A stretch of DNA of 64,000 nt from Actinomyces sp. (GTDB taxonomy: Bacteria > Actinomycetota > Actinomycetes > Actinomycetales > Actinomycetaceae). Under the pieces are notes generated by a model that was not told the DNA's origin, made no database searches, and saw nothing but the letters and a program-made list of their open reading frames with translations. The stretch covers positions 27,294 to 91,293 of the forward strand of contig NZ_JAUNHI010000003.1 of the NCBI RefSeq assembly GCF_030524025.1, given 5' to 3'. Shown here piece after piece: positions 52,219-62,151 of this stretch. Each line of letters opens with the position of its first letter. Position 1 is the first letter of the stretch. The translations under genes and the position numbers were made by a program.

Positions 52219-54213
52219 GTGAACATGCAACACCTCGTGCGTCTGGTGCACGCCTTCAACCTGCTGCTGCTCATCGCATGCACCGTCATCATCCCCCAGC
52301 AGATCACCCCCACCTACTTCCCCGCGGAAGCCTCCGCCTACATCGCCATCGGTGCCAACGGCGTCACCAGCGCCGAGCTCATGAAGACGGCAACCGCCGA
52401 GAACGTCGTGCTCGCCCGCGCCCGACACGTCGGTGACAGCCAGACGCGCACCCTGACCATCGAAGTCGTCGGTGACGACCCGAACGCACAAGCGCTGGCC
52501 GAGCAGCCCCCGATCGGGCCGATCTTCACCCCGACACCCATCGCCTACGAGCATGTGGCGCCGACCACCGAACCTTATGGGGCCTGGTACGTCATCGGCG
52601 ACCCTCCCCAGGTGCGCACGTTCCTCACTCGTATCGTTAACACCTACGGCCCGGCAGTGATCGAAAGTGGACTGTTGTCACCAGCCTCCGTGTCCTCCCT
52701 CTGGGCCGCATTGCGTCAGTCGCCGCTGGGGATCAGCGCGCTGGCCTTGCAGCCCGCGATCGCGCTGACAGTCGTCCTCAGCGTGATGCGTCGGCCGCAG
52801 ATCGCACGGATTGCCCTGACCTGCGGTGCCTCACCCACGGCGATCACCGTTGGGACACTGGGCGCCCACCTCGCACGGGCTTCGCGCTGGACCATTCTTC
52901 CCGCCGCGGCCGTGCTGCTCATCATCGGTTACGACGTGTACCAGTCGGACGTTCTGAGCGTGCACCGTCTGATGGTCGGCATTCTCCTGACCCTGGTCAT
53001 CAGCACGGTTCTGGCCACCGCGCTCGCCGCACTACTGGCCTGTACAGTCGTGACCCGTCGCACCCAGGACATCGCGAGTACGGCGACGTCACATCTGACC
53101 TTCGCCCTTCTTTATCTCACCTCCCTGAGTCTGGTCTGGTCCTTCGCTCACGCAAGCCCAGCACTGGGCGCCACGATCACCGACGCAAGGGCCACTCACG
53201 ATCAAGCGCTCGCCCAAACCGAGATGCCCGGCTCCTACTCACCGACCATCTGGTACACGCATGAGGATGTCGTCCAGCAGATCATGCCCCGATGGACCAA
53301 GTTCATCAGAGATGAGGAACAGGCGGGCCACGTGCTTCTCGCATGGTCTTTGCCAGACCCCTCGGTCCGGGACGGAGGCACTCCGGCACTGTTTCTCAAC
53401 AACCAGGCAGCCGCCTTCTTCGGTATCCCGCCCACAGCGGATGACGCCGCCACCATCTACCTCCCGGAGCACCTGGGTGAGACGGATGATGCCGTGGCCG
53501 AGCGTGTCGAGTCGCTCTCGCAGTGGGAGCACGGCCTGGGCGCACAGAAAACAGTGGCGGCACATGTTGAGCGGAGTCCGGACGTCTTCACCCGTCTGCC
53601 AATGAACCTGCCGGCACTGAGCTATGCGGGGACCGTATCCGGACTGACCTCTCAAGACCATGTCCTGGTCGTCGTGCCCGACGGATTCTTCTCACCCGAC
53701 AACCAGTTCTCCGCAACCACTCTGGGGGGGCTAGTGCTTCTCGCGGAATCCGATGAGTCTCTGACGGACACCTTAACCTCCTATGGGCTGGACGGGATGG
53801 TCGCTGAAATCCGCCAGATCGGCGACGGCGACTCCGCGGTTCTGCGCGCATCGCGCACAACACTGGGCCTGCTGGCCGGGGTCGCGCTCCTGGCGGCCGT
53901 GTCTGCCGCAGTGACATCCGCTGTGGCAGCACGTGCGTGGGTGGAGGCCACCCGACGCGCCAGGCGCATCCGTCGCCTCCACGGCCGTGGTCGGGTGCGA
54001 GACGTCGTCGTCGGGGTCACCCTCTGTCTTCCACCCGGGCTGCTGCTGCTGCTCGTCGGAGTGACCGCCGACGACGTCACAAGGATGCTCTGTCTCACCA
54101 CAGCGCTCCTCCTGGCCGTCGTCACCGTGGCCTCGGCGGCCAGTGGTTCACCCGCCCGGTGGCACCACCGCCACACCCGCCAGTCGACTCTCACGCACCT
54201 GGATCCTTCATGA
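52219..54213 (+). CDS. 664-aa polytopic membrane protein, putative ABC transporter permease (two TM-bundle plus extracytoplasmic-domain halves, MacB/FtsX-like topology)
   Basis: N-terminal TM (LVHAFNLLLLIACTVII). A domain of about 160 aa. A cluster of 4 TM helices. A domain of about 220 aa. Then 2-3 C-terminal TM helices. The stop overlaps the ATPase start (ATGA). Codons are visibly more A/T-rich than in neighbouring genes. Confidence 0.6.
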   Translation: MNMQHLVRLVHAFNLLLLIACTVIIPQQITPTYFPAEASAYIAIGANGVTSAELMKTATAENVVLARARHVGDSQTRTLTIEVVGDDPNAQALAEQPPIGPIFTPTPIAYEHVAPTTEPYGAWYVIGDPPQVRTFLTRIVNTYGPAVIESGLLSPASVSSLWAALRQSPLGISALALQPAIALTVVLSVMRRPQIARIALTCGASPTAITVGTLGAHLARASRWTILPAAAVLLIIGYDVYQSDVLSVHRLMVGILLTLVISTVLATALAALLACTVVTRRTQDIASTATSHLTFALLYLTSLSLVWSFAHASPALGATITDARATHDQALAQTEMPGSYSPTIWYTHEDVVQQIMPRWTKFIRDEEQAGHVLLAWSLPDPSVRDGGTPALFLNNQAAAFFGIPPTADDAATIYLPEHLGETDDAVAERVESLSQWEHGLGAQKTVAAHVERSPDVFTRLPMNLPALSYAGTVSGLTSQDHVLVVVPDGFFSPDNQFSATTLGGLVLLAESDESLTDTLTSYGLDGMVAEIRQIGDGDSAVLRASRTTLGLLAGVALLAAVSAAVTSAVAARAWVEATRRARRIRRLHGRGRVRDVVVGVTLCLPPGLLLLLVGVTADDVTRMLCLTTALLLAVVTVASAASGSPARWHHRHTRQSTLTHLDPS

Positions 54214-54893
54214 CCGACATCGTCCTCGCTTCCGACCTGACCATCAGCAGAGGAGGTCGCACTCTTGTCAGCGGCCTGACCCTGGGCCTGTCGGCGGGCT
54301 CCGTCACCGCACTGACAGGCCCGAACGGATCGGGCAAAACCACGCTCGCCCGTTGTCTGGGCCTCTACGACCTCGACTTCAACGGGACGGTGAGGGTCGA
54401 TGACCGTGCCACCCAGACCATATCCGCACGCGAGCTCAGAGCCCTTCACCAAGGGACGATCGTCATCCAGCCCCAGGAACTCATGCTCGAGCCGTCCTGG
54501 AGTGCGCTGCGGAACCTGACCTACGCCGCCTGGGCCCTCGGCCTGCCCCGGCGCTGTCGGAAGCGCACGGCGCACGAGGTCCTGGAACGGGTTGGCGCCT
54601 CCCACCTGGCCAACACCACCGTTGAGCGCCTCAGCGGGGGCGAACAGGCCCGGATCGCGATCGCTCGCCTCCTGCTGTCCCCGGACCCACGGCTCATGAT
54701 CCTCGACGAGCCCACGGCCAGCGGCGATCGCGCGCTGCGGGATCTTGTCTCCGACGTCATCCGCTCCACCGTCGGACGCGGCGCAGCAGTCCTGCTCATC
54801 AGCCATGACCAGGCGCTAAGGTCCCTGACCGACGTGGAGATCCCTGTGGGGGCCGACGCCTCCGGAGCAGCCGACCGAACGCACCGGAGTTGA
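54210..54893 (+). CDS. ABC transporter ATP-binding protein
   Basis: Walker [11 protein letters not shown]-loop, signature [15 protein letters not shown], Walker [14 protein letters not shown]-loop ISHD. 227 aa. Confidence 0.85.
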   Translation: MTDIVLASDLTISRGGRTLVSGLTLGLSAGSVTALTGPNGSGKTTLARCLGLYDLDFNGTVRVDDRATQTISARELRALHQGTIVIQPQELMLEPSWSALRNLTYAAWALGLPRRCRKRTAHEVLERVGASHLANTTVERLSGGEQARIAIARLLLSPDPRLMILDEPTASGDRALRDLVSDVIRSTVGRGAAVLLISHDQALRSLTDVEIPVGADASGAADRTHRS

Positions 54894-55087
54894 CGCACCT
54901 CACGCCTCCGGCGGGAGGAGCCCCGGTCGGGCGTGATGCTACAGTCTCTCCTTGGACCTCTGGCCTGGCCGGCTGCGGGGTCTGGCGACCGGGCCCCGCC
55001 AGGTGCTTCCACCACCGTCCGTCGGCCCGCGACGCGAACCCTCTTTCCGGCCATCGACCATTCAGACACGAGAAAGCTTCACTCACC

Positions 55088-55348
55088 GTGGCGAACATCA
55101 AGTCCCAAATCAAGCGCATCAAGACCAACGAGAAGGCCCGCCTGCGCAACCAGTCCATCAAGTCCGAGCTCAAGACGCATGTGCGCCGCGTCCGCGAGGC
55201 CGTCGAGGCCGGCGACAAGGAGGCCGCCGCCGCGCTTCTCAAGACCGCGTGCCGCAAGCTCGACAAGGCCGTGTCCAAGGGCGTCATCCACAAGAACCAG
55301 GCCGCCAACCGCAAGTCCAAGCTGGCCAAGCGCGTCAACTCCCTGTGA
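55088..55348 (+). CDS. rpsT: 30S ribosomal protein S20
   Basis: GTG start. [30 protein letters not shown] is the canonical S20 N-terminus. 86 aa. Confidence 0.9.
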   Translation: MANIKSQIKRIKTNEKARLRNQSIKSELKTHVRRVREAVEAGDKEAAAALLKTACRKLDKAVSKGVIHKNQAANRKSKLAKRVNSL

Positions 55349-55536
55349 CCCCGCCCGGGGCCGCAAGCGGTCCACGAGCAGTCAAGGAGGGCGTCTCCCG
55401 CACGGGGAGGCGCCCTTCGTCACGCCATCGAGGGCCGGACTCGCCGCCGGCGGATGCGCCGAGGCCGGGGGCACGGGGCTACGATGCCCCGGGCCGGGGG
55501 ACCTCCCGGCCGCAGGAGAGAGGAGCAGGAGTGCCG

Positions 55537-57024
55537 ATGCGCATCGGATTCGACCGGGACAAGTACCTGACGATGCAGTCGGAGCACATCGCCGAGCGCC
55601 GCGCCCAGTTCGGGGGCACGCTCTACCTGGAGTTCGGCGGCAAGCTCGTCGACGACATGCACGCCTCGCGCGTCCTGCCCGGCTTCACCCCCGACAACAA
55701 GATCGTCATGCTCGCCGAGCTGGCCGACGACGTCGAGATCATCGTGGCGGTCAACGCCAAGGACTTCGCCCGCAACAAGGTCAGGGCCGACCTGGGGACC
55801 TCCTACGAGGACGAGGTGCTGCGCCACATCGACGCCTTCCGGTCCTATGGCCTGGAGGTGGGCGGCGTCGTCATCACCCAGTGGACCGATGACAGCCGCC
55901 AGGCCCTTGACGTCAAGCGCAAGCTCGACAAGCTCGGTCTGCGGACCTACCGCCACTACCCGATCGCCGGCTACCCCTCCGATGTCTCGCGGATCGTCTC
56001 CCCCGAGGGATTCGGGCGCAACGACTACATCGAGACCACCCGCGACCTCGTGGTCGTCACGGCACCGGGACCCGGCTCGGGCAAGATGGCCACCTGCCTG
56101 TCCCAGATCTACCACGACCACCTCCTGGGGCGGTCCTCGGGCTACGCCAAGTTCGAGACCTTCCCGATCTGGAACCTGCCGCTGGACCACCCGGTCAACG
56201 TCGCCTACGAGGCCGCCACCGCCGACCTCGACGACGTCAACATGATCGACCCCTTCCACCTGGCGGCCCACGGCGAGCAGACCGTCAACTACAACCGCGA
56301 CGTCGAGGTCTTCCCGGTCCTGTCCCGCCTGCTCGAGCAGATCCTGGGCGCCTCCCCCTACGCCTCCCCCACCGACATGGGCGTCAACATGGCCGGCCAC
56401 TGCATCAGCGACGACGAGGCCTGCCGCGCAGCCTCCCAGCAGGAGGTCATCCGCCGCTACTACAAGGCGCTGGTCACCGAGAAGCGCGAGATGCTCGAAC
56501 CGGTCCAGTCCGAGCGCATCGCCCTGCTCATGGGACGCTTGGGCATCTCCACCGAGGACCGTCCGGTCGTGCGCCCGGCCCTCGACCTGGCCGCCGCCAC
56601 CGATGCCCCCGCCTCGGCCATCGAGCTGCCCGACGGGCGGATCGTGACAGGCAAGACCTCCCCGCTCCTGGGCTGCTCCTCGGCGATGCTCCTCAACGCC
56701 CTCAAGGCGCTGGCGGGGATCGACGGCGAGGTCGACCTGCTGGCCAAGGCATCTATCGAGCCGATCCAGACCCTCAAGACCCAGCACCTGGGCTCACTCA
56801 ACCCCCGCCTGCACACCGACGAGGTGCTCATCGCCCTGGCCGTGTCGGCCAACGGCGACGACAACGCAGCCCGGGCCCTGGCCGAGCTGGCCAATCTGCG
56901 CGGCTGCGACGTGCACACCTCGACGATCCTGGGCAGCGTCGACGAGGGCATCTTCCGCTCCCTGGGCATTCAGGTGACCAACGAGCCGGTCTTCGCCACC
57001 AAGAGCCTGTACCGCAAGCGCTGA
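55537..57024 (+). CDS. DUF1846 / UPF0371 family protein
   Basis: RBS GAGAGGAGCAGGAG then [25 protein letters not shown]...[23 protein letters not shown] is typical of UPF0371. 495 aa. Confidence 0.8.
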   Translation: MRIGFDRDKYLTMQSEHIAERRAQFGGTLYLEFGGKLVDDMHASRVLPGFTPDNKIVMLAELADDVEIIVAVNAKDFARNKVRADLGTSYEDEVLRHIDAFRSYGLEVGGVVITQWTDDSRQALDVKRKLDKLGLRTYRHYPIAGYPSDVSRIVSPEGFGRNDYIETTRDLVVVTAPGPGSGKMATCLSQIYHDHLLGRSSGYAKFETFPIWNLPLDHPVNVAYEAATADLDDVNMIDPFHLAAHGEQTVNYNRDVEVFPVLSRLLEQILGASPYASPTDMGVNMAGHCISDDEACRAASQQEVIRRYYKALVTEKREMLEPVQSERIALLMGRLGISTEDRPVVRPALDLAAATDAPASAIELPDGRIVTGKTSPLLGCSSAMLLNALKALAGIDGEVDLLAKASIEPIQTLKTQHLGSLNPRLHTDEVLIALAVSANGDDNAARALAELANLRGCDVHTSTILGSVDEGIFRSLGIQVTNEPVFATKSLYRKR

Positions 57025-57075
57025 GCCGGACCGCCAGGGCAGTGGCGGGGTGGGGTGGGGTGGGCTGGGGCCGCC

Positions 57076-58110
57076 TCAGGCCCGCCGGGACCCCCGCCGG
57101 CCGCGGCGAGCATCGCAGATCGTGATGACGGCCCGCTCGACGGCGTGGACCGGGTCGCGGCTCTCCCCCTTGACCTCGGCGTCGGCTCGGGCCACCGCGA
57201 TGATCGCCGCCGCCAGGGCGTCGTCGGACCAGCCCGCGAGCTCGCGCCGGGCGCGGTCGACCTGCCAGGGGGCCATGCCCACGTCCTGGGGGGTCATCCC
57301 CCGTCTGCCGCCCATGGCGGCCACGCGTGCGAGTTGGCGGACCTTGAGCGCCAGCGCCGCGACGATCGGCACGGGGTCGGTCCCGGTGGCCACGGCGTGG
57401 CGCAGCGCGGTGATCGCCGCGGCGACGTCGCCGGCCGTGGCGGCGTCGGCCACGGTGAAGCCGGTGGCCTCGATGCGCCCGGCGTAATAGGTGTTGACCT
57501 GGTCGACGGTGATCGTCCCGGTGGTGTCGGCAACGAGCTGGTCGACCGCCGAGCACAGCTCGCGCAGGTCGGCCCCCATAGCGTCGACCAGTGCGCCCAC
57601 GGCCTCGGCGTCGATGCGCCGCCCCGCGCGGCGCACATCGGAGTGCACGAGGGCGGCCTTGTCCTTGGGGGACTTGACGGCGGCGATCGAGACCACCGGG
57701 TGGGGTGAGGCGGCCAGGGCGTCGAGGAGCCGCTTGCCACGCTGCCCCCCGTTGTGGCGCAGCAGGACCACGACCTCCGGTGCCGGGGCCCCGACGTAGG
57801 CCAGCAGGTCGGTCAGGAGGGCGTCGGTCATCTGCTCCAGGTTGGGCACGACGACGACCTTCGGCTCGGCGAACAGCGAGGGTGACACGAGGGTGTCGAG
57901 CTGGTGGGACTGGTAGGCGGCCGCCTCGACCCGCACCACCTCGGTCCTGGCGTCCTGGGCCCGGGCCAGGCCGAGCAGCCGGGCCACCGCACGGTCACCC
58001 AGGACCTCCTCCCCCGAACGGATGAGCACCAGGGGCGCCAGATCGACCTCCTGCCAGGAGGGTCCTGTGGGTGCGCCGCGGCTCCTGCGCGCTGATCGGG
58101 GGCTCGCCAT
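57076..58110 (-). CDS. holA: DNA polymerase III subunit delta
   Basis: Delta-subunit AAA+-like fold. Conserved position next to comEC, as in many actinobacteria. Confidence 0.85.
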   Translation of the reverse strand: MASPRSARRSRGAPTGPSWQEVDLAPLVLIRSGEEVLGDRAVARLLGLARAQDARTEVVRVEAAAYQSHQLDTLVSPSLFAEPKVVVVPNLEQMTDALLTDLLAYVGAPAPEVVVLLRHNGGQRGKRLLDALAASPHPVVSIAAVKSPKDKAALVHSDVRRAGRRIDAEAVGALVDAMGADLRELCSAVDQLVADTTGTITVDQVNTYYAGRIEATGFTVADAATAGDVAAAITALRHAVATGTDPVPIVAALALKVRQLARVAAMGGRRGMTPQDVGMAPWQVDRARRELAGWSDDALAAAIIAVARADAEVKGESRDPVHAVERAVITICDARRGRRGSRRA

Positions 58111-58113
58111 GGG

Positions 58114-59745
58114 CTAAGCCTGCCACGGGCCGCCGGTCCTCGGGCCGGCGCGTCCCGAGCCCGCCCGCCGCCGCAGACCGAGCAGGACGGCCAGCGTGCC
58201 GGCCTCGCAGGCGGCCAGCACCAAGGCGCCTCCCGGGCCGGCCGGCCAGGGGACCAGCGCACCGGGCAGGTCGGCCAGGACCCGGGCGACCGTGACGATC
58301 CAGGAGCAGGCCGCGCCCGCAGGCCAGGCCAGGAGGCCGGCGCCCCAGGGCCACCAGGGAGCCACAAGCGCCGCGGCCATCCCCGCCAGGGTGATGAGGG
58401 GGACCACCGGGGCGGCCAGCAGGTTGGCGGGCACCGACCACACTCCGACCGTGGGCTGGAGGCCGATGAGGACTGGACCGCAGGCGGCTTGCGCGGCCAC
58501 GGGCAGGGCCACGGCGGCCGCCAGCGGCCGGGGCAGCCACCGGGGCAGGAGGCTCGTCAGCGGGCCCGTTCCCAGCAGGATGCCCGCCGTTGCCGCCACC
58601 GACAGCGTCAGGCCGAGGTCGCGGGCCTGTCGCGGGTCGACCAGGAGGAGGGCGATGACGGCGGCGCACAGGGCGGGCAGGCAGACCGAGCGTCTCCCGG
58701 CGGCCACGCCGACCAGGAGGACCGCCCCCATCGTCGCGGCGCGCAGCACCGAGCCGCTGGGCCGCACGAGCACGACGAGGGCGACCAGGAGCACCGCCCC
58801 GACGACGGCGCGCGGACGGTGGGGAACGGCGCCCAGCGCGGTCAGCGCCGTTCCCATGACGAGCGCGACGTGCTGGCCGGAGACCGCGGTCAGGTGGGTG
58901 AGGTTGACCGTCCGCATGTCCTGGCGCACGGAGGGATGCAGCGCGTGGTCGTCGCCCAGGGCGATCCCGGGCACGAGCTCCTCCGCCCCGGTGGACCAGG
59001 AGCCCGCCCCCGGGGCCGTGTCGACCGCCCGGGCGAGGGCCTCGCGCAGGCCAGTCACCCGGCCCAGCGTGCCGGTGGGTGGCTCGAGCACCCGCACACC
59101 CGCGTCCCGGCCGACGATCGCCGCGGTGCGCGCGCCCGCGGTGCTCGGCTCGAGGGTGGTGCGCACGCGCACGACCGCACCCATGGGAGCCTCCAGCCAG
59201 TCCTGGCCGCCGAGGACGGTCAGGCGCTCGGAGGAGTCGGCGCCGTCGACGGTGGAGACCTCGACCTCGGTGAGCACGGTCGTCGACCGGGCGGAGGTGG
59301 TCGTGCGCGGGGTGGCGGTCACGGTGCCCACCACGGTGACGGACCGGCCGTGGGCGACGGCGGCCGTGACGGGGTCGCGCTCCCGCGCCCAGCACGCGCC
59401 GGCCGAGACCACCAGGACGGCGCAGGCCGCCACGACGCACACGAGCAGGCCCGCGCATGCCGAGCCCGCGACGTCCCCCTGCGGCGGGCTCGCCCCGGGG
59501 CGCGGGTCGAGGCGGTGGCGAGGGATCCGGTGGCGGACCGCGGCCAGGCCCAGGGGCAGGGCCAGGGCGCCCAGCACGAGGGCCGCTGCCGCCGGGGCTC
59601 GCCACGATCCGGGGCCCGCCTGGCCGACCGCCCACCACGCCGCCGCCCAGGAGGCGGCCGCCGGCGCCGCCAGGCGCAGGTCGAGGGGCTCGGGTGCGGG
59701 CTCGCTCACGGCGTGGAGCGCGGCGGCGCGGCGTCGGTGGGTCAC
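58114..59745 (-). CDS. comEC: ComEC/Rec2 family competence membrane protein
   Basis: Multiple TM helices and the competence domain. LTHLTAVSGQHVALVMG motif. Confidence 0.85.
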   Translation of the reverse strand: MTHRRRAAALHAVSEPAPEPLDLRLAAPAAASWAAAWWAVGQAGPGSWRAPAAAALVLGALALPLGLAAVRHRIPRHRLDPRPGASPPQGDVAGSACAGLLVCVVAACAVLVVSAGACWARERDPVTAAVAHGRSVTVVGTVTATPRTTTSARSTTVLTEVEVSTVDGADSSERLTVLGGQDWLEAPMGAVVRVRTTLEPSTAGARTAAIVGRDAGVRVLEPPTGTLGRVTGLREALARAVDTAPGAGSWSTGAEELVPGIALGDDHALHPSVRQDMRTVNLTHLTAVSGQHVALVMGTALTALGAVPHRPRAVVGAVLLVALVVLVRPSGSVLRAATMGAVLLVGVAAGRRSVCLPALCAAVIALLLVDPRQARDLGLTLSVAATAGILLGTGPLTSLLPRWLPRPLAAAVALPVAAQAACGPVLIGLQPTVGVWSVPANLLAAPVVPLITLAGMAAALVAPWWPWGAGLLAWPAGAACSWIVTVARVLADLPGALVPWPAGPGGALVLAACEAGTLAVLLGLRRRAGSGRAGPRTGGPWQA

Positions 59746-60536
59746 AGGGTCACCGCCTCGCGCAGCGCCTCCATCCTCGTGCTACCGATGCCGGGGACGT
59801 CGGTGAGGTCCTCCACCGAGGTGAACGGGCCGTTGGCCTGACGGTGCTCGACGATCCGTGCGGCCAGGGCCGGACCGATCCCCGGCAGTGTCTCGAGCTC
59901 GGAGGCCGTGGCCGTGTTGATGTTGACCAGTCCGCCCGGCGCGGAGGAGACGTCCTGGGGCGCGTCCTGGGCCGCCTGGCCGGCGGCACCGGTCGCCCAG
60001 GCGCTCACGTCCTCCCCGTGGCGTGGCACCCGCACCTGCTCGCCGTCGGTGAGCACCCGGGCCAGGTTGAGCTGGTCGGTGTCGGCGTCGGCGGTGACTC
60101 CCCCCGCCTGCGCCAGGGCGTCGGCCACACGCGATCCCGTCGGCAGGGTCACGACGCCGGGTGCCGCCACCGCGCCGGCGACGTGGACGACGACCGTCCC
60201 CGTGCTCGGCACCACCGAGGCACCCGGCGCGGGGTCGACGACGACGGGCCCGGTGGCCTGGGCGCTAGGTGCCGCAGAGGGTGGGTCCTGGGCCTGCGGG
60301 GAGGGGTCGGGGCTGATCAGGACGGTGCGCAGGGCCAGCACGATGGCCGCCATGATGAGCAGCAGGCCGGCTCCGATGGCCGCTCGGGGCGCGACCGCAG
60401 CCCTGCGGGGGCGCTCGACGGGCTCGGCGGGGTCGGTGGAGCAGGCCAGGCGCACGAGCTCGTCCAGGGAGCGCCTCCCCGTTCTGCCCGCCACGCGCCT
60501 GCCCATGACAGCGACGTTAAGGTGGTCCGGGCCCAC
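59742..60536 (-). CDS. comEA: ComEA helix-hairpin-helix DNA-binding protein
   Basis: N-terminal TM. C-terminal tandem HhH LVNINTATASELETLPGIGPALAARIVEHRQANGPFTSVEDL. Overlaps the comEC start. An alternative start lies at 60506. Confidence 0.8.
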   Translation of the reverse strand: MGPDHLNVAVMGRRVAGRTGRRSLDELVRLACSTDPAEPVERPRRAAVAPRAAIGAGLLLIMAAIVLALRTVLISPDPSPQAQDPPSAAPSAQATGPVVVDPAPGASVVPSTGTVVVHVAGAVAAPGVVTLPTGSRVADALAQAGGVTADADTDQLNLARVLTDGEQVRVPRHGEDVSAWATGAAGQAAQDAPQDVSSAPGGLVNINTATASELETLPGIGPALAARIVEHRQANGPFTSVEDLTDVPGIGSTRMEALREAVTL

Positions 60537-60608
60537 CGTGCCGGGCGCCTGTGGACACGGCTGCGGCAGGGGTGCGTCAACGGCACCTGTGGAGCACCTG
60601 CCGGCCGA

Positions 60609-61436
60609 TCAGCGTGATGGCGCCAGGGCAGGTGCGACGACGATGCCCAGCGCCCCGGGGCCGAGGTGGACCCGGATCGCCTCGTCCACCGGGGACCGCA
60701 GAATCGAGTCGACGACCGCGCCGGCCTCGGCCATCGCCTCGGCCAGGTCGTTCTCCAGCGCCCTGCCCTGGGCGGGGTCATCGCCGTAGTGGACCGCCAG
60801 GCGCACGGGGGCCGCCGGCGGGCGGGGACCCGTCAGGGCCGTGCCGCCGGCGGCGTGCACCGCCTGGGCGATGAGATGGCGTCGGGAGCGTGCCGCGCCG
60901 CGGACGGTCTCGACCACCCGGATGCCGTCCGGGCTCGAGCCCAGCACCGGCCGGATGCCCAGGGCCGACCCCACCAGCGCGGTCGCCCGGTCGATCCGAC
61001 CCCCGCGGCGCAGGTGGGACAGGTCCTCGACGAGGAAGAACAGGTGGGAGCGGGAGGCCGACTCCCGGGCCAGTGCCGCGCCCGTGCGGGCGTCGCGGGC
61101 CTCGCAGGCCGCCAGGACCGCCAGCCCCAGGGCGCCTGCGGAGGCGCCCGAGTCCAGCACCGTGACCGCCTCGCCGACCCGTTCGGCGGCCAGCCGCGCG
61201 TTGTCCACGGTGCCCGACAGGACCGAGGCCAGATGCACGGCCAGGACCTCGTCGGCGCCGTCCAGGGCCCGGGCGTAGGCGCCGGCGAGCTCGTCGACCG
61301 ACGGCCGCGCCGTCGTGGCCGGCTGGGCGCCGTCGGCACCGGGCAGCGCGTGGAGCTCGACGACGCCGATCCCGTGGGCGCGGAGGAGCGCGGGCGGCAG
61401 GCAGGCCGCGGAGTCGGTGACAACGGCGAGGCTCAT
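60609..61436 (-). CDS. DegV family fatty-acid-binding protein
   Basis: MSLAVVTDSAACLP is the DegV N-terminus. 275 aa. Confidence 0.85.
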   Translation of the reverse strand: MSLAVVTDSAACLPPALLRAHGIGVVELHALPGADGAQPATTARPSVDELAGAYARALDGADEVLAVHLASVLSGTVDNARLAAERVGEAVTVLDSGASAGALGLAVLAACEARDARTGAALARESASRSHLFFLVEDLSHLRRGGRIDRATALVGSALGIRPVLGSSPDGIRVVETVRGAARSRRHLIAQAVHAAGGTALTGPRPPAAPVRLAVHYGDDPAQGRALENDLAEAMAEAGAVVDSILRSPVDEAIRVHLGPGALGIVVAPALAPSR

Positions 61437-61477
61437 GCCCGCAGCCTAGATCAACCGCTCCGGCAGGTCGGTGCGGC

Positions 61478-62035
61478 TCAGGCCGGTGAGGGCTGGGTGC
61501 GCGCCACACCGGCGCGCTCGGGGCTCGGGCACCGGCCGCGCGAGGCGGTCAGGGGCGAGGGACGATCGCGCAGGCGCAACGGGGCCACCCGTAGCAGGAC
61601 TCCGTCGACCTGGCCCGTGCGGTTGGTCGTCATCCTGCTCGGATCCGCCCCGCTGGTCAGGAGCAGGTCGACCGCCTCGAGGCCGAGGCTGTCGACCGCC
61701 ACGTGCAGTGGGGTGGCACCGTTCTTCCGGAGGGCGTCGACATCGGCGCCCAGGCGCAGCAGCAGGGGGATCTGTTGCCAGTAGCGCCAGATGGCCCGCG
61801 TGTGCAACGGCCTGCCGCCGCACCGGTCCGCCGCATTGACATCCTCACCGCGCCCGACGAGCCAGCGCACGATCGCATCGGAGCAGGGCGTGAGGTGGAG
61901 GACGGACTCCTTGAGCGCGGTCGGCATCCGGGCACCGGTCTCGCAGCGTGCCAGCGCCGCTGCGATCTCCTCGACATCTCCCCGCACCAGGAGCTCACCC
62001 ATCGTGGCCGGACGGGTCTTGCGGAGTCGTGGCAT
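61478..62035 (-). CDS. ankyrin-repeat protein
   Basis: GGAAG RBS then ATG (MPRLRK). Three or four ANK repeats: GRGEDVNAAD..GGRPLH, LRLGADVDALRKNGATPLHVAVDSLGLEAVDLLLTSGADP. No signal peptide. Confidence 0.65.
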   Translation of the reverse strand: MPRLRKTRPATMGELLVRGDVEEIAAALARCETGARMPTALKESVLHLTPCSDAIVRWLVGRGEDVNAADRCGGRPLHTRAIWRYWQQIPLLLRLGADVDALRKNGATPLHVAVDSLGLEAVDLLLTSGADPSRMTTNRTGQVDGVLLRVAPLRLRDRPSPLTASRGRCPSPERAGVARTQPSPA

Positions 62036-62151
62036 GAGAGCTTCCAAGGAGCATGGTTGCGTGTTGCGGTGCGGACGCCTCCAGGGTAAGGACGCCCCGG
62101 ACCGGTCGACGATGGGCAGCGCTGCCCCACCGCGGCACCTACGATGTGCCC

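Noticed and set aside
58196-60617. Plus-strand ORFs of 536, 450 and 386 aa
   Set aside because: Antisense to comEC and comEA. Arg/Gly/Ala-rich shadow frames.
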